Shown piece by piece: positions 16,920 to 26,706 of a DNA stretch of 30,071 nucleotides (the stretch's first letter is position 1; each line of letters opens with the position of its first letter). The stretch is from positions 1 to 30,071 of IMG/VR virus record IMGVR_UViG_3300012667_000399; one strand, given 5' to 3'. The position numbers were made by a program, and so were the translations under genes. This stretch comes from a virus. Its lineage: Duplodnaviria; Caudoviricetes. The notes beneath the pieces were generated by a model that saw nothing but the letters and a program-made list of their open reading frames with translations, was not told where the DNA came from and made no database searches.

Positions 16920-17474
16920 ATGGCTTTAGCAATATCATTATTAGGAGTATCAGCAAATTGTCAATCAGTATCTACAACAGTTACTGGTTCTACTGATAAT
17001 TATACACTTAGAGTATATCTTTTAGAGGGAGAAGCAGAAACTTTAATATATCAAGAAGCAGATATTGATGAAAATACTTCACCTGTAACTACAGTTACTA
17101 TTGAAGATTTAACTAATAGTACTTTCAATGAACTATATGATACAGATCCTGATCTTGATATAATTATTGAAAGTGTTACAAGCTTTGATGGTTTATTTAA
17201 AGTAACAATTGATGATGGTGCTACTACTGAAATAGTATATTCAATTGGCACTTGTTCAATTGATTGTTGTTTAGCAAACCTTATTCAAGCAAATCTTGAT
17301 TGTACTTGTACAGACGGAGATTGTTGTGAAGATATTAAAAAAGCAGAAAAGATTCTTATCTTAACTCGTGCAGCAATTTTAGATGGCGCTAATGGTGATA
17401 TTGTTGGTGCAACGGAAAAATATAATAAAGCAGTAGAACTTTGTGGAAGTACTCCATGTGATTGTAATTGCTAA
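16920..17474 (+). CDS. Acidic structural protein with Cys-rich C-terminus
   Basis: CSIDCC...CTCTDGDCC...CGSTPCDCNC; precedes the fibre genes. Confidence 0.7.
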   Translation: MALAISLLGVSANCQSVSTTVTGSTDNYTLRVYLLEGEAETLIYQEADIDENTSPVTTVTIEDLTNSTFNELYDTDPDLDIIIESVTSFDGLFKVTIDDGATTEIVYSIGTCSIDCCLANLIQANLDCTCTDGDCCEDIKKAEKILILTRAAILDGANGDIVGATEKYNKAVELCGSTPCDCNC

Positions 17475-18700
17475 TGGCTATAACTCCTGAAAAACTACAT
17501 GGTAAGTCTTTTGAAGACTTCATGGCATTTGTAGACAATGTAACTGTCCTACAAAATGATGTATTTTATTCTAAATTAATTGCAGGAGTAGAGTGCAGTG
17601 GAACTGAAACTGCTAAATTAAATATTATTAACTACTTACTTACTAAGTATAAAGATGCAGAAGCTTTAGATTGTGTGTATAATTTGCGACCATTCTTAGG
17701 ATTGATAAGCGAAGATTATACAGACAATGCTAAACTTAATGATTATACTTATTTAGAAACGTTTACAAACTATCTGCAAAAAAATTATAAGCAATGCGGA
17801 ACAACTAAAATTATTGTTAGAACTATGCCTACTGGAACAAGCCCATTTACATTAACTCCTAGCGGTGGAATTGAAGTAAGTACTGATGGTACTACTTTCT
17901 CTACTGACTCTATTATAATTCAAGGAGGAGATACAGTATATATTAAAGCTACTGCTAACTGTACAGAATGTGGTAAGTCTGCATATGAGATTTGGTTGGA
18001 TTTAGACAATACTGGAACTGAAGAAGATTTTATTGATTCTTTAACTGGTCCACAAGGTCCTCAAGGAGAAAATGCTAATATTGAAGGAATAACTTGGGAA
18101 GGAACTTGGTCAGCAACTCCACCTATTGCATATGCAATTAATGATGCAGTTCAATATGATGGAACTTCTTATATAAAAATTGCAAATGCTAACCCAGCAT
18201 CTGGTGCTCCTAATACTAACTCTGATTGGGAAATATTAGCGTTACAAGGTATGCCTGGAGATGACGGAGCTACTGGAGCGGCAGGTGCAGATGGCGTTGA
18301 TGGAGCTACTGGTGTTAATGCTATTAGAGCAGTTACTGCTAGTACTACATTATTAACAACAGGATCAACTGAAGGAGTTGACCCAGGAACTGATAAAGGA
18401 GTTCTTGTTACTATTAATAGTGCTTCTGCAACTACTTTTACTATTCCTTATTTTGACGGATCTACAACTCCTACAAATACAACTTCTTTGACTAATTACC
18501 CAGTTAAGTTTCAAACTTCTGTAATGCAATTAGGTACTGGACAAGTTAGAATTGTAGCAGGTACTAGTGGATCAAATTCAGTTACAATTCGTAGTGCTAA
18601 TAATATGACTTATTTAAGAACTCAATATAGTGCTTGCACTATCATTAGAGTTGCTACAAATGAGTATTATATGTTTGGAGATTTAACTAATATTGTTTAA
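17474..18700 (+). CDS. Fibre protein with short collagen-like repeats (start refined to TAATG-coupled ATG 17474)
   Basis: GKSAYEIW...GTEEDFIDSLTGPQGPQGE, WEGTW...YAINDAVQYDGTSY, Gly-X-Y run GMPGDDGATGAAGADGVDGATG, C-terminal QLGTGQVRI...LRTQYS...GDL domain. Confidence 0.75.
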   Translation: MAITPEKLHGKSFEDFMAFVDNVTVLQNDVFYSKLIAGVECSGTETAKLNIINYLLTKYKDAEALDCVYNLRPFLGLISEDYTDNAKLNDYTYLETFTNYLQKNYKQCGTTKIIVRTMPTGTSPFTLTPSGGIEVSTDGTTFSTDSIIIQGGDTVYIKATANCTECGKSAYEIWLDLDNTGTEEDFIDSLTGPQGPQGENANIEGITWEGTWSATPPIAYAINDAVQYDGTSYIKIANANPASGAPNTNSDWEILALQGMPGDDGATGAAGADGVDGATGVNAIRAVTASTTLLTTGSTEGVDPGTDKGVLVTINSASATTFTIPYFDGSTTPTNTTSLTNYPVKFQTSVMQLGTGQVRIVAGTSGSNSVTIRSANNMTYLRTQYSACTIIRVATNEYYMFGDLTNIV

Positions 18701-20373
18701 TGTTAACATTAGCAGCAGCACAATCAGCTATTTGGGGATATGATTCTAAACTATCATATGATGCTACTGGTTTTACATATACTGGTAGTACAAGTTATAT
18801 AGGAACTTGGACAACTCCAACATTAGCTCCTAATGGTAAATTATACTCTATTTTATCTTGTGCTAGTACTACTGCTACAGGGTCTACTAATTCTTATGTA
18901 ATAGCTATTATTACTCCTAATAATGCTAACCATACATCTACAAATTGGAGTGCAGCAACTGTACAGTACATTACTGCAGATGGTTCTGCAAATAGACCTT
19001 ATTGGGATGCGCCTTATTCACCATTAAATGATATTAGTAATAATGCTTTAATTAGATTTTCTCAAAAAGGAATTTTAGCAGCTAATGGTAAAATATATTT
19101 TATGCCATTTAAAAGTGTAATATCTGTAGGAGCGCATCCTAAATGGGTTGTACTAACTCCAGGAGATGCTACTACAACAACTTGGGAAACAGTTTCATTT
19201 ACTAATACTTCATATTTACCAGGAGCTTTAGGAGGATGTGTAGCAGGAAAAGATGGATATTTATATGTAGTACCAAATACAGATAATGGTACATCAACTG
19301 CTACTGCACACCCATTCTTTAGAATTCATCCAAAGGATGTAACAATTGGAGGAGTTACAGCTACTGTTGATACAGCCTATATTGGATATTGGACAGGAGT
19401 AACAGGAAGAAGATTATTTGCAGATTATTTAAATACATTAAATTGGAGAAATTCTGCAGGAACTGTTACAGCAGATGCTGCAACTGGCGCTGTAACTAAA
19501 TCTTATGATGCAGATACAAATAACGGAACATTTGCTGATATTATAGTTCACGCTAATGGTAATATTTATTTACTTCCAAAAGATAATGGAAGAGGTAGAA
19601 TATTTTATATCAAACCATCAGAATTTGGAAATGCTCACGAAATATGTTCTGAAACAGGATTACATATTAATCAATTAGCAGGAGGAGCAGGAACAGGATT
19701 ATATTTATCTTGTCATTCTGGATTTTTATCAAGTAAACAAGGATTACCATTAGAAAATAATCAGTTATTGAAACTTTACATTATACCTAATGTAAAAACT
19801 ACAGGTAGCCCAGCAACAGTTGTTACAACTAATCTTACAAAAATACTTGTATTAAATGCTGTTTCAAATACGTTAACAGCAATAAATTATACACCAGTAA
19901 ATAGTGGGGCATTTAATGGAGCTTCTGTTAATTTAATGACAGGATTTCCAATGGCTAATGGTACAATTTTACTTAGTAATATTGGAGCAGGAACTTCTAA
20001 ATCATTAGATCAATTAGTGACTGGTAAAGATGCTGCAGGTTCTTATAAATTTGTAACAGCTACAAGTGCTAATGGAATTATAGCAGGAACAACTGCTCAA
20101 TTAAATACAGATTTTGGAATAGGAAATACTGCTGGAAATAGAAGAGATATTAGTAGTTACCATGTAGGAGTTAATTTAAGTAAAACTTTGGTAGTAACTA
20201 ACCAACTTAAAATTACAGAATTAATGCCTGTAAAAGGTTATCATCCAGATGTTACTTATTTTGATTCATATTTAAGTGAACCTACTGATGCTAATAGCAT
20301 GTATGATTTCCCTACAAACATTACTATTACTCCAACATCTTTGTACAATTCTCAAAAGAATAAGTTAAAGTAA
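18700..20373 (+). CDS. Putative receptor-binding beta-propeller-like protein
   Basis: Repeats LAPNGKLY, LAANGKIYFMP, VAGKDGYLYVVP, VHANGNIYLLP; T/G/A-rich; coupled to the fibre gene. Confidence 0.65.
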   Translation: MLTLAAAQSAIWGYDSKLSYDATGFTYTGSTSYIGTWTTPTLAPNGKLYSILSCASTTATGSTNSYVIAIITPNNANHTSTNWSAATVQYITADGSANRPYWDAPYSPLNDISNNALIRFSQKGILAANGKIYFMPFKSVISVGAHPKWVVLTPGDATTTTWETVSFTNTSYLPGALGGCVAGKDGYLYVVPNTDNGTSTATAHPFFRIHPKDVTIGGVTATVDTAYIGYWTGVTGRRLFADYLNTLNWRNSAGTVTADAATGAVTKSYDADTNNGTFADIIVHANGNIYLLPKDNGRGRIFYIKPSEFGNAHEICSETGLHINQLAGGAGTGLYLSCHSGFLSSKQGLPLENNQLLKLYIIPNVKTTGSPATVVTTNLTKILVLNAVSNTLTAINYTPVNSGAFNGASVNLMTGFPMANGTILLSNIGAGTSKSLDQLVTGKDAAGSYKFVTATSANGIIAGTTAQLNTDFGIGNTAGNRRDISSYHVGVNLSKTLVVTNQLKITELMPVKGYHPDVTYFDSYLSEPTDANSMYDFPTNITITPTSLYNSQKNKLK

Positions 20374-20390
20374 ATTATAAACCAACACAT

Positions 20391-20798
20391 ATGTTAATCA
20401 CACAAACAAACCAAGCTTTTTTGAATGTCTATAAAGCACTTCAAGATAGCAAAGAATGCAAAGGATTGGAATTTGCAAAAGCAGTTATTGCTAACTCAGA
20501 TGTAATTAAAAATCATCTTCAATACATTGAGGATATGGTAATTCCATCAGAAGAGTTTATCAAGTTATCAATTGAAGCTAAAAAGTTTATTGATGCAGAA
20601 GATATTGAATCTCTTCAAAAGATGGAAGCAGAAGAAGGTAATGCTGCAGTTATAGAAGCTCGTAAAGAGCAATTAGAAAAAGCTAATGAAGAACTTAAAA
20701 AAGAAGCTACATTAGAACTAGAAATTATTAAAGAAGAAAGTTTGCCAAAAGATATTTCAGTAGCTAACTACGAAATGTTGAAGGCTATTATTAAATAA
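20391..20798 (+). CDS. Acidic helical protein, possible fibre chaperone
   Basis: E/K-rich helical 135 aa within the fibre cluster. Confidence 0.6.
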   Translation: MLITQTNQAFLNVYKALQDSKECKGLEFAKAVIANSDVIKNHLQYIEDMVIPSEEFIKLSIEAKKFIDAEDIESLQKMEAEEGNAAVIEARKEQLEKANEELKKEATLELEIIKEESLPKDISVANYEMLKAIIK

Positions 20799-21217
20799 TG
20801 CAAGCTACAAAGTCTGAAATATTACTTAATAGGATACTAAAGAATGTGGGGTTGATTGATACAGCCCCATATCTTTATGTTGCAGATCCTAATCCGTATT
20901 CAACAAAAACGGAAAGACTTTTGTATTTAATCGAATTGCATACTAGAGGATTAGGTCCGCTAATAGATGATCTTAGATTAAACAAAGAATTTTATTTTGA
21001 CTTTCAAACCATAGATTATATTAACTTTACAGTACCATTTACTTGTGTATTAAAGGAAATAGTATCAAGTAATGAAGCTGCAATAATAACTATTGAAAAA
21101 TCAAATGGTACTCCTGTTGGAATAGATGATGAAGTAGATGCATATACACCACTTAAAATAACTAGTGACATAGTAACTCACGTTACACTTAAAGTTAGAC
21201 TAAATGATTATATCTGA
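20798..21217 (+). CDS. Hypothetical structural protein
   Basis: 139 aa, TAATG-coupled; internal repeat TKSEILLNRI / TKTERLLYLI. Confidence 0.65.
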   Translation: MQATKSEILLNRILKNVGLIDTAPYLYVADPNPYSTKTERLLYLIELHTRGLGPLIDDLRLNKEFYFDFQTIDYINFTVPFTCVLKEIVSSNEAAIITIEKSNGTPVGIDDEVDAYTPLKITSDIVTHVTLKVRLNDYI

Positions 21218-22937
21218 TAATAAAAAAATTAAAGTACAGAATTACGGATTGTATGCAATAAGTGCTAACAAAGTAGTTATTGTAAAAGGTAAAAATATTG
21301 TACTAGCAGATCCTTCTGATCCTGAAATTTATATACATCCATTAGCAATTACTCTTCAATATTTTGAAATAGGATCTTATGGAGAAGTATTATTAGGAGG
21401 TACGTTAGATAATATAAACACTACTATATATAGTGAGCATTTAAATACATCATTATATCTTGCTGCAAATGGAGGAATTAGTTCTACTGTTAGCGCTGTA
21501 ACTATTGGTAGTATTTCTAAACTAGCTGATACGGGTTCTATTTATATTAACTTTATTGTAGAACCGTCAATTAAATGGGGAGATATTAGTGGAGATGTTA
21601 CAGATCAACAAGATCTTCAAGATGAGTTAGACGCTAGAGTTCCATACACAGGAGCAAATCATGATGTAGATTTAGGAATTTATAAATTAAGTGCAGACGC
21701 TGTAGAATTTAGTTTAACTCCAACAAATACTCCAGGAGCAGGTCAGATTGCTTATGATGGGACTACAGGATCTTTGTCTTACTTAATGAATAGTTCCAAT
21801 GTTGTATGCCATATAGGACAGCAGTTCTTTGCTTACGTTAAAAATGCTGAATCTATAACAATAACTAAAGGACAACCTGTTTATTTATATCAAGCATCTG
21901 GAAATAAAGCAACTATTAAACTAGCTTATAATACTTCTGATGCAGGATCAGCGAAGACTTTAGGATTAGCTGCTGAAAATATTACATCTGGTCATAATGG
22001 ATTTGTTATATGTCAAGGCGTATTATCAGGAATAAATACAGGAAGTTATAATGAAGGAGATACTTTATATTTAGGAGCTACAGCAGGTACTTTAACGACT
22101 ACTAAACCTTATGCTCCTAATCATTTGGTTTATATTGGAGTTGTTGAAAAAGCTAACAACGGAGCTGGACAAATATATGAAAAACCTCAAAATGGGTATG
22201 AACTTGATGAACTTCATGACGTTGCTGTAGGAGACTATGTAAATAGAGATGTATTATACAGAGATACTGATAATAATCTTTGGAGAAATGGGTCATTGTT
22301 TGATTTAATGGGAGCAGCTTCTGATGCTCAAGATGGTTATTTAAAAGCATCTGATTGGACTATATTTAACGATAAACAAAATGCTATTACTCTAACTACT
22401 ACAGGAACTTCTGGAGCCGCTACGTTTGATGGAACTACTTTAAATATTCCACAATATAGCGGAGGATCTGGTGGAGTATTGGTATATGCTAAAAACTCAA
22501 CTACATATAGTTCTACAGGAACAGGTTCTCAAATTATACATTCATTACTAATCCCTGCTAATACATTTGCTGCAGGAGATACAGTTAGAGTTACTGCAAG
22601 ATTTAAAAAAGTAGGAACTGCTACCACACAATCTAATATTACTATTAATACTTCTGCTTCATTATCAGGAGCAACGGTAATTAAAGCAAACGTATTTGCC
22701 ACAGGTACTTTAGCAGCAACCGTTCAAGGTTCTGCGGTTATTATTAACTCAACATCTAATACTCAATTAGCTTGGACAGCAACTAACTTAGGTACTTCGG
22801 AACTAGTGAACTCAACAAGTGCTTGGCAAGAATCAATTTCTATTAACTGGACTGCTAATCAATACATTATGTTTAGTGGTAATCCATCAGGTACTGACGT
22901 TTTATCTGTAATACATTATATGATTGAAAAACTATGA
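21204..22937 (+). CDS. Mosaic tail fibre protein
   Basis: WGDISGDVTDQQDL, VPYTGANHDVDLG, ITKGQPVY...GDTLYL...NHLVYIG, NGYELDELHDV, DGYLKASDWTIFNDKQNAITLTTTGTSGAAT..TLNIPQY are recalled fibre modules. Confidence 0.8.
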   Translation: MIISDNKKIKVQNYGLYAISANKVVIVKGKNIVLADPSDPEIYIHPLAITLQYFEIGSYGEVLLGGTLDNINTTIYSEHLNTSLYLAANGGISSTVSAVTIGSISKLADTGSIYINFIVEPSIKWGDISGDVTDQQDLQDELDARVPYTGANHDVDLGIYKLSADAVEFSLTPTNTPGAGQIAYDGTTGSLSYLMNSSNVVCHIGQQFFAYVKNAESITITKGQPVYLYQASGNKATIKLAYNTSDAGSAKTLGLAAENITSGHNGFVICQGVLSGINTGSYNEGDTLYLGATAGTLTTTKPYAPNHLVYIGVVEKANNGAGQIYEKPQNGYELDELHDVAVGDYVNRDVLYRDTDNNLWRNGSLFDLMGAASDAQDGYLKASDWTIFNDKQNAITLTTTGTSGAATFDGTTLNIPQYSGGSGGVLVYAKNSTTYSSTGTGSQIIHSLLIPANTFAAGDTVRVTARFKKVGTATTQSNITINTSASLSGATVIKANVFATGTLAATVQGSAVIINSTSNTQLAWTATNLGTSELVNSTSAWQESISINWTANQYIMFSGNPSGTDVLSVIHYMIEKL

Positions 22938-23158
22938 TTTTAGAAATAACAAAAATTGAAGGTGGATTACGTTGGAATAATATAAATAGATTATTCACCT
23001 ATTCTATGCTAGCTAATGGTTATGATATTACTGGAGTAGACCTATGTTACATTGAACTAGATAATCAACTTTATATGATGTGTAGTAATGATTCAACAGT
23101 GGATGGTAATACTTTTGACAATATTCAAGATGAAATAAATTATATATATGAAATTTGA
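22934..23158 (+). CDS. Small protein coupled to the fibre gene
   Basis: 74 aa; ATGA overlap. Confidence 0.65.
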   Translation: MILEITKIEGGLRWNNINRLFTYSMLANGYDITGVDLCYIELDNQLYMMCSNDSTVDGNTFDNIQDEINYIYEI

Positions 23159-24311
23159 AGATGTAGTAGCATATTGTTTAGCTAACCCATCGTTTTTTAA
23201 ACGATCTAAACACGAACTTGCAAAAGTTTTAAGTGTAGATGTAAATCTAGCAGAGAAAGCTAGAAAGCAAGCTAGAGCAATACTGTCTAAAAACAATATT
23301 AAGCACTACAATTCAAGAGATACTAGAAACAATAGATTAGATCCTGCTACTAAAGAAGATTATAGAAAGTTTTTAGAAGCTCATGGAATTAATCAAGATC
23401 GTGTTAAGTCGGTTAAGTATTGGCAAAACATGGGAGGTGACTTTAGATTCTCTGTAGTTACTAATGAACAAGTTAAACCTGAAGCACTTAAAGCAGACTT
23501 TTTAAAGTTTGTAGAAGAGTATAGCCCAGTTGCTAAAAAGACTGCAAAACCAATCACAAAAAATCCAGTAGTATTAGAGATATCAATCCCAGATATTCAT
23601 TATGGTAAATTAACTGATACTAACTTAGAAGCATTTGAGCAATTATATATGGATACAGTAGTAGAGCTTCTTGAAAAAGCTAAAGGTTTGGAAATCAAAC
23701 AAATATTACTACCTATCGGTAATGATGGCTTAAACTCGGATAATATAAACTACACAACAACAGCTGGCACACCACAACACGATTCTGTTCATTGGATGAA
23801 GAGCTTTCAAGGATATTGGAAGTTATTAGTTAAGGCCGTAGATTATCTAAAACAAACTGCTCCAGTACATGTAGTAGTTGTTCAAGGTAATCACGACTAT
23901 GAACGAATGTACTATGTGGGAGAAGTATTATCTGCTTGGTACAAAAAAGACGAAAATGTATCAGTAGATAATGATCAAAATTCAAGAAAATACTTTAACT
24001 TTGGAGTTAACTTAATTATGTACACTCACGGTAACAATGAAAAAGCTGCAGACTTGCCTTTAATTATGGCAACTGAACAACCTTTATTGTTTGCTAATGC
24101 TAAATTTAGAGAAGTGCATTGTGGGCATTTACATAAAGAAATGGTTAATGAATACAGAGGAATTAAAGTAAGATTTATTCCATCTATTTGTCCTGCAGAT
24201 TTATGGCACAAGAAAATGGGTTATGAAGCCCAACGTGCTGCTCAAGCTTATATATGGAATTATAAAACAGGATACGAAGGACATTTACAGTGTAGTATAT
24301 TAAACGATTAA
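23148..24311 (+). CDS. Calcineurin-like metallophosphoesterase with N-terminal HTH-like extension
   Basis: Motifs PDIHYG, GND..NSD, GNHD, THG, GHLH. Confidence 0.88.
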   Translation: MKFEDVVAYCLANPSFFKRSKHELAKVLSVDVNLAEKARKQARAILSKNNIKHYNSRDTRNNRLDPATKEDYRKFLEAHGINQDRVKSVKYWQNMGGDFRFSVVTNEQVKPEALKADFLKFVEEYSPVAKKTAKPITKNPVVLEISIPDIHYGKLTDTNLEAFEQLYMDTVVELLEKAKGLEIKQILLPIGNDGLNSDNINYTTTAGTPQHDSVHWMKSFQGYWKLLVKAVDYLKQTAPVHVVVVQGNHDYERMYYVGEVLSAWYKKDENVSVDNDQNSRKYFNFGVNLIMYTHGNNEKAADLPLIMATEQPLLFANAKFREVHCGHLHKEMVNEYRGIKVRFIPSICPADLWHKKMGYEAQRAAQAYIWNYKTGYEGHLQCSILND

Positions 24312-24313
24312 CC

Positions 24314-25015
24314 ATGACTTTAGACGAAATTGCTTACAACATTAGAAACTTATACCGAGGAGGTAGATCAAATCAAGATGATCCAATAAGTTTATCTCAA
24401 CTTAAATTTAATATTAAGTACTACCGTGCTATGTTCATTAGACGAGACTATGCTCGTAATGGACTAGTTACCAGACATTTAGAACAAGACTTGCGATGCA
24501 TTCAAATTGAAGAGATTGATGCTAGCAAATGTTGCAATGTAACATTGTCTTGTCCTGTCTACAGATCTGTTCGTCGTATTCCACGTACAGTTAGATTTAA
24601 CTTTGAAGAAGCGATTACATTTGTAGGGGATGTTACTGGTCACGGTAGAATTCAATTAATCAAACCATACGAAGTTAACTTCTTGACTTATGATAAATAT
24701 ACTTCTAAAGTTAAGAAAGCTTTTATGTTAGAAGATTATTTGTACATAATTAATCCTGAAGGTATGGAAACTGTCAATCTTCGTGGTATCTTTGAAGATC
24801 CAGAGGAGATTGGTAAATTTATAGACTGTAATGGAAGCCCTTGCTATAACGGAACTGATATTTTTCCTATGCCTATGGATATGGTGCAAGGAATTGTTTC
24901 GGGAATTGCTGGAGGAGAATTAAGATTATTAGCTGGTAGTGTGAGTGATACAGAGTTAGATAGAGGCTCAGACGGAATATCCCAAGGATCTGCACCTAGA
25001 GAAACTAAAGATTAA
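24314..25015 (+). CDS. Tail ring protein (crAss-like)
   Basis: MTLDEIAYNI, YRAMFIRRD, DYLYI, LRGIFEDP, FPMPMDM. Confidence 0.7.
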   Translation: MTLDEIAYNIRNLYRGGRSNQDDPISLSQLKFNIKYYRAMFIRRDYARNGLVTRHLEQDLRCIQIEEIDASKCCNVTLSCPVYRSVRRIPRTVRFNFEEAITFVGDVTGHGRIQLIKPYEVNFLTYDKYTSKVKKAFMLEDYLYIINPEGMETVNLRGIFEDPEEIGKFIDCNGSPCYNGTDIFPMPMDMVQGIVSGIAGGELRLLAGSVSDTELDRGSDGISQGSAPRETKD

Positions 25016-25033
25016 TAAATTGAATATAACAAA

Positions 25034-25300
25034 ATGGCATCACCCGCTTGGCAAAGATCAGAAGGTAAGAATCCTAAAGGAGGATTAAATGCAAAAGGTA
25101 GAGCAAGTTATCGTGCAGCTAATCCTGGTTCTAAATTAGGAGCACCACAACCTAAAGGTGGCAAAAGAAGAGATTCTTTTTGTAACCGTATGTGTGGAAT
25201 GAAGAAACGATTAACGTCTGCTAAAACAGCAAATGATCCTAACTCTAGAATTAATAAAGCCCTAAGAGTTTGGAGATGTGGTAGTTGTTCAAATTGGTAA
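25034..25300 (+). CDS. Small basic phage protein (DUF6321-like by recall)
   Basis: AWQRSEGKNPKGGLNAKGRASY...RRDSFCNRMCG...DPNSRINKALRVWRC. Confidence 0.8.
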   Translation: MASPAWQRSEGKNPKGGLNAKGRASYRAANPGSKLGAPQPKGGKRRDSFCNRMCGMKKRLTSAKTANDPNSRINKALRVWRCGSCSNW

Positions 25301-25306
25301 ATAGTT

Positions 25307-25534
25307 ATGGAAACAAGATTATTACATTACATTAAAGAACAGGCAATGCATATAGAATGGGCAACAATAAACTTAGCATGGGTAACATGGACATGGGCTA
25401 TGTTCTCTAATGCTGTTACCTGGTTTCTAGGAGTTGTCGGTGCTATCACACTTATATGGTTTAACGTAGAAAGAGCGTTAACTGCTAGAAAAGAAAGAGA
25501 ACTTTTAAAGAAAAACAATGAGCAAGTTGATTAA
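25307..25534 (+). CDS. Small membrane protein, holin-like
   Basis: Trp-rich hydrophobic core with a charged C-terminus. Confidence 0.65.
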   Translation: METRLLHYIKEQAMHIEWATINLAWVTWTWAMFSNAVTWFLGVVGAITLIWFNVERALTARKERELLKKNNEQVD

Positions 25535-26198
25535 AAGAGCTGATGGCTCATACTCTAAAAGAGGTCTTTGGGATAATATTCGCGCTAACAAAGGATCAGG
25601 TAAAAAGCCTACTAAACAAATGTTAGAGCAAGAACGTAAAATTAAAAAAGAAGAAAATATGAAAATGGAATACAAAAAAGGCGGTAAAAAATCTATCGCT
25701 AAAGAGGCTAAAAGAGAAAAAGAATCTTTTATGCAAGAATCCAAAGAAATTAAGTTTGGTGCTCCTTCTAAAAAGTTTGAAGATGGTGGAAATATAAATG
25801 GTGATCCAAAAAAGAAAAGTACTTCAAACTCACAAACGCCTGAAAAACAAGATCCTATAACTTATCTTGGGGAATCAAAAAAAAGAGTAGATGCAATAGT
25901 TACTGAACAAAAGAAAAAAGAAGCAGCTAAAGGTATTAATACTTATCAAGATTATCTTGATCAAAAAGTAAAAGAAAAAAATTCTAAACCTAACTTAAAA
26001 ATGGGTGGTAAAAAGACTATGGAACCTGGTGGTGGTGGCCGTTTTGCTAAAATGGTTAACAAAATGAAAGGTGAAGGTAAGTCTGAAGAATCTGCTAAAG
26101 CAATTGCTGCTAGTGTTGGTCGTAAAAAATACGGTAAATCTAAGTTTCAAGAGATGGCTGCTGCAGGTAAAAAGAAGATGGGTGGTAAAAAGTGTTGA
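25518..26198 (+). CDS. Lys-rich modular protein with four xxGG motifs
   Basis: GLWDNIRA module; YKKGG, FEDGG, LKMGG, KKMGG; GGGGRF...AASVGRKKYG module. Confidence 0.75.
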   Translation: MSKLIKRADGSYSKRGLWDNIRANKGSGKKPTKQMLEQERKIKKEENMKMEYKKGGKKSIAKEAKREKESFMQESKEIKFGAPSKKFEDGGNINGDPKKKSTSNSQTPEKQDPITYLGESKKRVDAIVTEQKKKEAAKGINTYQDYLDQKVKEKNSKPNLKMGGKKTMEPGGGGRFAKMVNKMKGEGKSEESAKAIAASVGRKKYGKSKFQEMAAAGKKKMGGKKC

Positions 26199-26202
26199 TT
26201 GA

Positions 26203-26706
26203 ATGCAAAAACAATCACAAACAATTAAAGAAGCTTACGCATTTTACAAGAAAAATTCAGAACATCCTGTAAGTCAAAAGCTTTTTGATGAAATATGTAA
26301 AGAGTTTAATATTAAATTGTTTGATTTAATATTAGACGGATACGAATTTGATATGGGCTCTAACATGGGGACCATATCAATTAGAAGGATAGAACGCTAT
26401 CCAGGTAAATTAACAGTAGATTGGGGAGAAACTAATAAACTTAAAAAGGAATTAGTTGAGCAAGGAGTTAAACTTTATAATAGTGCTACTGGTGAAGGTG
26501 AGAAATATCAAGTATATTATACTGATAAGTTTTATTGCAAATATCATTGGACTAAGTCTAAATGTAAAGTAAAGAATAAAACAGTATATAGATTTTCTCC
26601 TACCCGTGGTAAGAAAGGAAACAAAGAAAAACTAGTTGATTTACTACACAGAGACGATTTAGCTTATTTAAGATTTAAAAAAAATGGTATACAGATTAAC
26701 AAGTAG
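26203..26706 (+). CDS. crAss-like IHF-subunit-like protein
   Basis: ILDGYEFDMGSNMGTISIRR, VDWGET, YHWTK, YRFSPTR; directly upstream of the tail tubular gene. Confidence 0.7.
   Translation: MQKQSQTIKEAYAFYKKNSEHPVSQKLFDEICKEFNIKLFDLILDGYEFDMGSNMGTISIRRIERYPGKLTVDWGETNKLKKELVEQGVKLYNSATGEGEKYQVYYTDKFYCKYHWTKSKCKVKNKTVYRFSPTRGKKGNKEKLVDLLHRDDLAYLRFKKNGIQINK

Noticed and set aside
17474-22937. Diversity-generating retroelement target in the fibre genes
   Set aside because: No reverse transcriptase and no TR/VR repeat pair differing at adenines noticed in this window.
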